A stretch of DNA of 64,000 nt from Dicyema japonicum (lineage: Eukaryota > Animalia > Dicyemida): NCBI GenBank assembly GCA_011109175.1, contig RDEW01000008.1, forward strand, positions 753,954-817,953, read 5' to 3'. The position numbers and the translations under genes are program-made. Positions within the stretch are counted from its first letter, which is position 1; every line of letters begins with the position of its first letter. Below are positions 36,730-46,914 of the stretch, piece by piece. Below the pieces are notes generated by a model, which ran no database searches, was not told the DNA's origin, and saw only the letters and a list, made by a program, of their open reading frames with translations.

Positions 36730-39195
36730 TGATCTCTAAGTGTTTTTGATAGCACTTTTTAAATTCTCATTTTCTTCAGAGCAGAAGTTAGAAACTCATC
36801 TAACATACCTTACAAATTTCATCAAAGATATCCTACAGCGCAAATCTCATCAAAAGTCATTGTTATGGTTTATCGGTATAGAAAAAGCTTTCGACACTGT
36901 CCCAAGAAAAATTTTGATAAGAAAGATCTTTAAGTCTTAAATCCCAAACAACGTGAAAATCTGGATTGCTAATTTTCTAAATGAAAGAAGAGGAAGATTA
37001 ACAAATAGAAAAACTATGTCAATGACCAATTTCCATCTAAATGGGGTCTCTCAGGGATCTTCACTGTCAGCACACCTGTTCAACCTATTCCTAAATGATA
37101 TGTTCTCCCTTACCAGTGACGATACTCTGGTTCTGACATATTTAGTTGATATAATAGTAGCAGTCAAAGATCAGTGGGTTCATACTGCTGTATACCGGAT
37201 ACAAGCTTCATTGGACGATCTGAACTGTTGGCTCGTCAAGAACATTCTACAGTCAGACCCCGAATTGGGGCAGACCCCAGGGGTGGGGCACCCCCGCATT
37301 TTGGGGCATTTTTTTATTGGCCAACATTTTGGCAGAGTAAAATTGAAAATCGATAAAAAATATGGAAATTTTGGGGCACTATAAAATTGCGGGGAATGAA
37401 ATTATAAGTAAATAAAATTATATTTTATTAATAAATATATAATTTTAATTTACACATTTATTAACATTTTCTGTTGTGAATGGTTATCAACTACGAAACA
37501 AAATTAACGATTGCTAAATTGATATTGAAGAACAAATCATCTGAAAGACAGATAATTAAAAAATACAAAATTAGTAAAGGCATGATTTCGCGAATAAAAA
37601 AAACAATTGTACCTTTTCTTGAACAAGGTACTATAAACACGGATGAGGATCCTATGCCTTATTGTGAGAAATCTAAATTCGATAATCAAGTTTTTGAAAT
37701 ATTTCATAAACTACGCGAAGATAAGGTTCCAATATCAGGTCCTTTCATAAAGAAAATTGCCTTATATACGGCTTCAAAAATTGGATTTGATACTTTCAAA
37801 GCTTCAAACGGCTGGCTTGACAGATTTAAAATTCTGGATGACTGGAAATATTTTTATGAGCTGGTTGACTCGGATAAATGAAAGATTTTATACAATCAAC
37901 AGAAAAGTATTAATATTGCTTGATAATGCGGGATGTCATAAAACTATTGAATGCTCAAATATTGAGTTTTTATTTTTGCCAAAAAATACAACACCGTATT
38001 TGCAACGATTGGATATGGGAATTATCAAGACCTTTAAAAATTATTACTCAAATTATCTGATTCAGTATTTGTGTTATGAGGAGATGATGATGAATTCAAA
38101 CGGTTGATAAACAAAATAAACCTTCGTCATGTAATGCTGCTAATTTCTAAAAGCTGGGAAAAACTTGATCCAGTTTAATATTTAATTGTCGGAATCAAAT
38201 TGAAAAGATTCGTGATTCCCTAAAAATTGAAGATACCATTACAGAAGAAATGATCAACAATGCCGTAGACGAAACATTGAATGGGAAAGTGACGAATTCG
38301 TTGATAATATTTACAACGAAAAAAAAAAGATAACATGGAAACAATTCTAAGAGAAACGCAAGATTTTCTTGATCAGTTAGAGAAGAAAATTTTTTACATA
38401 TCTCCTGAAATTTCGACTTAATTTTATGAAAAATGTAAGAAGTAAAAGGATAACTAGAGATAAATTAACTGATTATTTTTCTAAAATTGATTTTTGATGT
38501 TTAAAATCTCTGTTTTATTAAACCCCTGTTTTTGGGGCACCCCCGCTTTTTGGGGCACTTGGTGCCCAATTCGGGGTCGGACTGTACATACAAGACTCGA
38601 AAAGTCTTATACAACAATTTTCACAACAAACAGAAGATTGACAAACTCCGCTCCATGTGTAACCATAAATGGAAACTCAATCCCCACGACCAACTCGGTC
38701 AAGATACTGGGCGTAACTTACGACTCACTTTTGACCTTCAGCAAACATCGACAACGTCATCTCCTCGGCACAACGAAAGCTAAATTTTGTTAAAACACTC
38801 CTTGGACAATATAAGTGGTGTTTCAACTCAAACTTGGACTCGCTCTACGTGCAGTATATTCAACCGTCTCTAACTTAAGGGTGTGCTATGGGGAGCCAAC
38901 CTATCAAACGAGAATATGGAAAAAATCAATACATTCCAAAAAATGGCAAGTAAGGCTCTGCAAAAATTTTCCGAGACACCTCTAAACCCTATACCATTTG
39001 AGAAATTAGTGAGGAAATCCGGAGCCCTACTACGCCTTAAAAAGTCAGAAACCCCCGCCCAATTCTGAAATGCGTTGGAACTCGGGAGGAACACCGAGCA
39101 AAAATGAGATGGCTAGTCGAGGCGGCCGGAATCACCTGACGGCTATGTAGTTATTTAATTTGTCGATGATTTTTGGTTTTAATAAATAAATAAAA
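36730..39195 (+). mobile_element. I-group LINE RT and 3' end, split by the Tigger insertion at 37250-38584
   Basis: IGIEKAFDTVPRK, GVSQGSSLS, YLVDI..LDDLNCWLVKNIL[TA]HTRLEKSYTTIF; homologous to the uninterrupted copy at 47000-47950. Confidence 0.85.
37250..38584 (+). mobile_element. Tigger/pogo DNA transposon 1, internally deleted
   Basis: TIRs cagtcagaccccgaattggggca and tgcccaattcggggtcggactg, TA on both sides. Psq/CENP-B HTH (FKASNGWLDRFK) and DDE remnant (LLDNAGCH, LPKNTTPYLQRLDMGII). Confidence 0.92.
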
Positions 39196-40050
39196 ATTAT
39201 TGTAATCGGGCGTAGGCTGTTTAGATTGCCTCTTTCTTTTCCAGGTTTGTAAATTGGGATCAAAGTGCCATTCCCCGCATCAAATGGACTGTGACATTTG
39301 TACGTTCTGTTCAGGACTGTGCAGATTAACTCAGCCACCCTGTCTGGCGCATATTTCAATAATTCTGCATTCACGTTGTCCAGTCCAGGGGCTCTGCCAT
39401 TCTTGAGCTTACCCAAGGCTGAAACGACTCCGTAATGCGTGATACTCTGATTCAAGTCTCTGGGAATTCCTTCGAACAGTTCCAAGTGTGTTTATTGAGA
39501 TATAGTCGCTATTGTAGAAAGCGGCAATTTTATTTGCTGATTGACACGTTCATCCTTTTACAAGAGACCAAGCTTTTTGGGTATCCACTACTTATAAATT
39601 TACCGGATTCAATGTATTGATAGTCGACGACAAGTGGAAGACTATTGACCCTCGTCAGAAAAGGTATTATGTTCGATGAACACTCTATGTTCCCCCTCCT
39701 ATGCAAAAGGGTTGTCAATGGATTTGTCTGCCCTAGATATGATGGAAAACTTAATTAACAACAATTTAGCAACAAGTTACGGAATAGGTACTATCAGTCC
39801 ACCAGTTGGCCTGGACTGTTCATCCCAGTAGCCCACTTTCCTTGCTAACCATACATCTGCTGGTCTTGGAAGTTACACATCCTGATTTGAATATCTTCCC
39901 TGACTGGCCTACAAGTTTGTTCTCTTCCTCAGTCAGGCTTTCGTACAATTTCTTTCCAAGGGATAGTTTGTTCGCCGCTCGCCTTGTTTTCTCAAGTCTA
40001 GCGAGGATCCTCTCCCTCGAGGGGCTGTAAAACCATCCCTCGCTCCCATA
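39195..40050 (-). mobile_element. RTE-group LINE RT remnant
   Basis: LKNGRAPGLDNVNAELLKY..LIPIYKPGKERGNLNSLRPITI, similar to the 55-58 kb element. Confidence 0.7.
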
Positions 40051-40079
40051 GATAAGTTATGGAAGAATCACATTCCGAA

Positions 40080-40340
40080 AAACAAAAAGCATGGTATGGA
40101 AAACTTGTTGGTGTCCAGGGATTTTAATGCCAAGCTCCCTTCGTGGTATGAGAATCAACCTCCAGACACAAGGGGGTTTCATATTATTTCCCAATTAGAA
40201 AATCTGTCCATTATGAACGACCCAAATAGGAATACACAAACCCCGTATAATAGCAAGGATTCAGTTACACCACCGGATATTACGTTATGTTCACCACGGC
40301 TTGCTCCGATTATATACTGGTCTGTAAATAAATGCAAAGA
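40080..40340 (+). mobile_element. LINE APE endonuclease fragment
   Basis: RDFNAKLPSW..IMND..TPPDITL. Confidence 0.7.
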
Positions 40341-40545
40341 AAGTTACATGAAATGCGGGTGTAAGCCAATAAGCCTGGAGATAATGGAGTCTTGCTGAGA
40401 CTATTCGGACACATTCTGATGAAGTTGCTATTCCAGCCAAACAGAAATATGGACGACTACTATGTTTGTCAAGAGGGCTGATTCCGCAGAAAGCATAAGA
40501 TAACTTTGCTAGTCGTCCTACAAAAAGACTTTGAAAAACGTAATA

Positions 40546-41659
40546 CAGTATAACCTCCATTTTGAAAAATTACCCCAAAAACAGGGGTTTCCCAAAAATG
40601 GAGATTGGAATAGCCATACTCCGAAGGAACTCGTTCGCAATCCACGCAGCAGGCTTCCTCAACTGAAATTTGTTTAATTGTTAAAAAAAATTTAAAAAAA
40701 AAAATTAAATATTCACAAAAATACTTTACTTATTAATAAAATTAATGGAAAATATGTTAAAACTGTTAAAGTTTTTATAAAAATGAAGAAAATGTGTGAA
40801 CAGTTGCATTCAGTTTGGTCATATGACTTATCATCATTTTCTTCTTCATATTCAGTAATTACATCTACAATTATGGTGTCCGAATTTTCTTTCTCACTAC
40901 AGTCGAACTCGTTTTGGAATACAAAGTGTTCCAAAAACCGAAGGTTCTGTCAAAAAATAACACCAATATAAATTTAATAATTTAATTAATGCAAGAAAGT
41001 CTTAAAAATCATTATTTATTGAAAAATAATCATAATTCTATTTCCATATCCATAGTTTTTCTTAAAACTACTAAATAAATTTTGTCTGAAACAGTAAAAA
41101 TCCTTTAACGAACTTGGAGCAATATCTAGAACTGATTCTTTCAATTCATTAATTTTTCTTAATTTTTTCCAACCAGTGATTGGACTCTTTTAACAACAAA
41201 TAATTCAACATCTTTGCTACTTTAGAAGCAATAATTTTTTTAAAAAGACCGAATTTTTTTATACGTGATACAGCCCCTAAAAAACTAAAATTACTAAAAA
41301 AAACCTTTACTAATTTTGTGTTTATTTACAATATCTCGTTCAGCACGATGTTCATTTTCACTCATTTCCTCAGCAATTTTAATCCTTAACTCACGACTAA
41401 GCTTACGAGCCATAACCACAAGAATGCAAAAATTACACAAGGTTTCAAAATAAAATTTTGTATAATTAATTTTAATATTAATAGCAAATATGTATATAAA
41501 TTAAAAATCTAGTGCCCCACTTATAGGTTCCGATAATTTCCAAATTTGGAAAATATCGCATAAAAATTATGCCATTTTCAAATTACTCCAAAAACAGAAG
41601 TTTCCCCGAAAATAGAGGTTCCCCAAGCCAGAGGTCTGCCCCAAATGGAGGTCATACTG
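40546..41659 (-). mobile_element. Tigger/pogo DNA transposon 2, internally deleted; transposase contains a 28-nt intron-like insert
   Basis: TIRs cagtat(a/g)acctccattt at both ends with TA flanks. ATG at 41413 gives MARKLSRELRIKIAEE..HKISKG|AVSRIKK; acidic C-terminal remnant. Inserted into an RTE 3' fragment (40395-40545, 41660-41790). Confidence 0.85.
40602..40704 (+). mobile_element. 5'-truncated CRE 3' end with poly(A), nested in Tigger 2
   Basis: Near-identical to 60413-60500 (IGIAILR.NSFAIHAAGFLN*). Confidence 0.85.
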
Positions 41660-42559
41660 TACTAGTATTGAAATCGGCTGACGACCTTTACGCATTAGGA
41701 ACCCTAGCTAAGGTGCGTGCTAAAAAGAGCCTAGAAAGGGGCCATAGGGGCAGCTTATCCAAGCTATAGAGTTCACGCTATTAAGCTATACTCACTTTTT
41801 TTCCTCGAAATTTTTTATCAGATGAGATCGACTGTTAGATATCACTGTGTTATATTGACAGCGTTGAAGACTTCGAGCGCACGGTTTTATTCGATGGCAG
41901 GTGCGTGTTCACTGTGAATTCGATTTCAAATCAGTCAAGTTTATCTTTAATCAGTATTAAAAAGAAATTCCTGACAAACGAGGAGAAAGAAGCTGTGTTA
42001 TAGATTTTTGTTGACAACAAAGAGCGATTGGACCTGGAGGTAAATGACTTTTTGTTTATTGTATGATAAATTTAATGATACACCTCACTTTAACTTGATC
42101 TTTATTTATTCTCATCTATGACAGAAAGTTCGTCAGTTGGGGACCACCAGCCCAAACCGTCCCATGCTGTTCTTGTTGTGAGAAAAACTTATCGAAAGAA
42201 GATCAGAAAGTGTGAGTAAAATCTCTAAGATAGGCAAAAACATGAATCACGCAAAAAGCAGAGTCATTTTGAGTTGTAAATCTGAGAGTGAGGCCGTTCG
42301 GAGAGGTTTGGCCGCTTTCAACCAATATCATCGATCGCGTAAGAGCACTCCTCTTTTGAGGAAAGAGCAGATAGAAAGCGTAAGAGTACTCCACCTTTGA
42401 AAAAAGAGCACTCTTCAGAGTTTCGTCATGAAACAAGACACGAGAAAAGACGATTCATCCACGTCCCTGATCGGATACTGGTTTTATCTAATGAAACAAG
42501 TTTTACATAATTACCCCCAAGTCGAGGTAAAAAACATACTTTTCAAGCATCACGTCCAT

Positions 42560-45090
42560 TCATTTTCGTCATTGCGTGAACTTTAGTTAGTTAGTTAAGT
42601 AACCCCAGCCTCACTAACTTGTAGGAGGCCAGCAGCTATTAAGTAGTACGCAGCAGATGTTGGTCGCTCCCATAGATCTGTCAGCTCCGGCATTGTGGAG
42701 AAATGACATTGAAATAGGTGATTTGTTGTCAGCACGTGGAGGTTGCAAAAGGAGCAGAGTACATCATAAGCTGGTAGATATGGGTGGTGCCCACATCGTA
42801 GACGAGCCAGGTTTACTCGCACGTCCCTTGAAAAAGAGGATTCTGAATGGTCTATTGGAGGAGGGGGTCGCTGTAATATTTTATTGTCTCCGAGTCTTCG
42901 GATGCTTCTCGTAGAAACAAAATCGTGTATCTGTTTCAGACGACTCCTGTCATTGTGGATGGAAGGAATGGATGATAACATTCTGACTGTGATTGTCATA
43001 ATAATTTTCCTTTTGTTTTGCGGCTTGCATAAGGATTGGCAGGGATGTTCTAGACTGTAGGTTTGGAGAGGAACTGCAGGGCTCTCATTTCCAAATGGTC
43101 TCCAATTGGAAGGATCTTTGACTCCCAATGTAGATGATCGACAGGAGTTGATCTGAGACATCCAGTAATTATCCTGAGCGCGACGTTTTGTACTTTTTGT
43201 AATTTATCAATAGAGGTAAGAGAAACAGAGGTTGACCAGCAAAAGCTTGCATAGTTAATAGTTGTTCGAATGAATTGTTTATGATGGTTAGGGCTTCTTT
43301 GCTTTGGCCAAAGGAATGGCCTGACACAGCTTTAAGTATGTTGATCTTGTGAGAGGCCTCTGTACATTGTTCCTCCACATGTTTAGAGAAAGTTAGTAGT
43401 TGGTGATAAATAACTCCAAGTATTTTGGTATGTTTCGTAACGGTGAGTGGTTGTCCATGAATTGTTAAAATTGGTTGAAAATTTAGTTGGCGGCTATAGA
43501 CGTGGAGGAATTCCAGATACAAGAATTTTGTTACTTAGCACTCGCCTTGATGTTCGATCGAAAGCGTTTGGGAGGATTATGATTGTTAAAACCATCAGCG
43601 ATATATTGAGTTAGGGTAGAGAGATGTGTTAATGTTGAGTATTGTGGACGAAAGCCATGTTGAAAATCAGGGAAGGGAAGATACTTCGATATTAGTTTCA
43701 ATGCAACACGTTCAACAATTTTCAAAACTACAGATAGTAGTGAGATTGGTCTGAAAGATCCCGGATCCGAAGGATCTTTCTTGGGCTTCAGGATTGGGAT
43801 TATTTTGGATTTTTTCCATAGTGCAGGAATTCTGCAGGTGTTGATGGACACATAAATTATGTCTGTTATTGCTTTGAGTCCTTGCGTTCCCAGGTGCTTT
43901 AAATGCAGAATTCAGATTCCATCAAGCCCTTTGGTAGGAGAGTTTTTGGCGTTTTTGATGAGTTTTTCGACATCCGACGTAGATTTCAATCGGTTTTCCT
44001 TGAGGAGTTTGAACGTTTTTCAATTTGCATGGACGAGAGCATTTGTTCATATCTATGTAACTCACTTTTGCGTAGTGGTCCATTATGACATCTGCCTGAT
44101 GAGTGAAATCACGTGTTGTTTGATTCTTGTCAATACTGGTGGCGTGGGTTGTCTCCATTCTATTTTGTTTCGACTGAATTCCTCCTAAAGTGCCGCAAAA
44201 ATTCTTTAGTTTTGTTCGGTGGTTAATTTTTGTAATGAAATTGTTCCAACGGTCCAATTTCCTCTTGTTGATTAATTCTGTAATTTCGCTATTAAGGTTG
44301 GATAGTTCGGCTGTATAAATTCTTGATTTTTTGAGTCGAAGTCTTGTATGAATCTTTTCGATAATTTCCTTAGTGAAATTCGGATTATAGTCTGCAATGA
44401 GTCCTCTTGGAATGTATTTCTTGTCGGCACTGAGGATGGTCATTAAAAAATTTCATTGCGGCGTCAAGCGATTTGAAATTCTCAACGGAAAAGTCGGATA
44501 TAAATTTTTCTGTTTCTTCTCTGAATGAATCCCATTTTGCACGTTTGTAATTCGTTATAGTTTTCCGATGTCTAACAATAGGCGAGAGTAGTTAGATTGA
44601 CAGTAGAATTGGATTACGGTCCGAGTGTAGGTCATATACAATTCTCCAAGATATCGCCGAAGATAGTGATGGAGAGGTCGGGTGATGTATTAGAGTCTCC
44701 AGGTCTGGAAGCTGTTCGAGTGTGTGATTTCCTGTCATTGAGGATAACTAATTGTTCTAGTTGAGAAAGGACCTGAAACCCCCTCTCATTACTCTTTTGG
44801 CCGATTAGCCAGAGAGAATCTTTTGCATTTAGGTCTCCGCAGATTATCACATTTTTCAATCTTTTGCAATTCGGTTAGTTTTGGGAGTAATGTTTCATAC
44901 TGGGACTTGGTGGCGGGATGTGAATATTTACAAATGTATACCTTGTGTGGTTTATTTTCACCAAGATGGAATTAAGTTCGATGTGATCGTCATCTTCAAA
45001 CAGAGCTTGTGAACTTTAGTGGGGAAAGGAAGATCCTTTTTGGATGCCGGTCAAACGCTGGCTCTCTCATGAGTTAGGTGGATCCCATAA
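42560..45090 (-). mobile_element. I-group (Ingi/Vingi-like) LINE with EN, internally deleted RT and C-terminal Cys/His domain
   Basis: GDLNAKD..SPDLSI (EN); FRPISLLSVVLKIVER, QHGFRP; KILGVIY; LARLRCG..CSFC..TNHLFQC..DLWERP. Confidence 0.8.
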
Positions 45091-45167
45091 AGTTATTGAA
45101 AATTTAATTAAATTCAGTTTATAAAAATATTAAGTATTAAAATTCAAATATATTCAAATCGTTAGTG

Positions 45168-45548
45168 ATGAACCCTGATGATGCCGAATTAACTAATCTA
45201 TTCACCGAAATGATGGAGAACAACATTAACCTCCTTAAAAAGCAACTAAACAGTATGAGTAATGCAAAGTTCTAGCATCACTGGAGGACTACAAACTCCT
45301 AGCGAAAATGAATGGCACATTGGCTACTGAATACGAAGAAATCAACCAAAAATTCTACAAAATAAACAAATTTATAATGAATGTTGAAGATAAATGTTTT
45401 AATTTTATTTTATGTAGCCAAAAATTTACTGATTCATTTTAATCAGATTGAAAATATAGAAAGGTCAATTGAGCAGTTGGAAGTGTTTGTCAAACAACTG
45501 TCCGACTACACGACTAATTTGGAAAATAAGATTAATTTAATAAAATAA
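45168..45548 (+). CDS. BLOC1S2: BLOC-1 complex subunit 2, intact, 111 aa, two mini-introns
   Basis: join(45168-45252, 45276-45395, 45418-45548) gives MNPDDAELTNLFTEMMENNINLLKKQLNTSLEDYKLLAKMN..QIENIERSIEQLEVFVKQLSDYTTNLENKINLIK*; EDYKLL..MN and the C-terminal helix match BLOC1S2. Confidence 0.9.
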
Positions 45549-45789
45549 ACATATTTTCTGTTAACTGATAGGTTCAATCGATTACAACTGTAATACTTGG
45601 TTTTTGGCTGGCAATATTACTAACAAGTAAGACCGATTAATCGCACAAAACATCTTCTAGTAACCCTTAGTTAATAAACTTAGATTAGTAGCTCAATGTC
45701 TTACATTTAAGGCAATAACAAGGGATGTCTCTGGTTTGAATTAACTAAAGAGAATTTATATAAACCAAACCAACATTAAATTAGTCATC

Positions 45790-46700
45790 AAACTGGGAGA
45801 AACGTTTTGAAAAATTTAAAAAAGAAGGGTCCAGATGTGGAGTCCAAGTCTTATGATATGACTCAGATGTAATACTTTCCAGAAAACTCCTTAACTCTTT
45901 TGTTAATAAATTGTTTTTGCTGTTAGCCATAGAGCCCACTAACTTTATTTGTTGGATTTTTTAAACAATTTTAACCTTCTATAAATTTTATAAAGTTATT
46001 TGAAAAAAACTGATAGATTCCAATGGTTAGTGGTAACAACCTCAAATTCAACAATTAAAAGAAAATGTCTCCACGAATCCCCCTAAAAAATAATGACTTA
46101 AGTGGGGACTAGAAAAACATTTTAATCCCAAGTTCTAAAATTACACGAAATATCTGAGCACATATCTTGCTCATACTTTTGGAAAAAGAAGGCATCCGTC
46201 CTTTAATAAAGGATATAATGTTGTCATCTCATCCCACTATTTAGTAAGTTTAAAAGCCAATTTGTGAGGTGAATACTACATACGTGGAAATAGGAAATTC
46301 TTACTAACTATCTATGCAAAAATACCCTCAACACTTTTTGTCATTTTCTTCCTTCACTGAGTTCGCCGTTTACTACTTTCTTGTTGAAAAAACTCATAAA
46401 TCCTTGTCCTTTTTGAGAAATAATGAATTAAATTATTCTTGTAGTCGCATGGATAGTCCCAATAAATCCCCTGGTAGACGAATTATTACATCTGGGAACC
46501 TCGACATTACTTTCACAACAACTCTGATGCATAACTTTTAAAGCCGCACACAATGTCACTATCAATACTTTCACTTTAGTATCTATTACTCATCCTAACA
46601 TAGCTATCTCCCTAAGGCGTCTTCAAATTTCTTTCCGATATTTAATGAAATATATTGGAAACTAATATTAGATTACTGCCAATAAATGAGTGATAACTTG
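45790..46700 (-). pseudogene. Unidentified multi-exon gene remnant
   Basis: LLKDGCLLFPK|IFRVILELGIKMF across a 23-nt GTATGA..CAG intron (46154-46176); last exon LLTKELRSFLESITSESYHKTWTPHLDPSFLNFSKRFSQFDD*; stops upstream. Confidence 0.45.
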
Positions 46701-46914
46701 TTTGAAATGAAATGAAAAATTCCAAAGACCACGGTAACACCAAAGAACTACTCTATTTTAAAAATTTTAGAAAATTTTGATAATAATGCACTAGAAATAA
46801 TAATCAACTAATATTCATTTGTGTTGAGTCATCTCAATTTTCTCAAGACACGAGACAACTACATGTACTTTCTGGAGAGGCAAAGTAAATTCAATTCAAA
46901 GAAAATCAATTGTA

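Noticed and set aside
41960-42200. KKFLTNEEKEAVL..F..N resembling a homeodomain or Myb helix
   Set aside because: No WFxNRR or conserved Trp, and an in-frame stop; chance similarity cannot be excluded.
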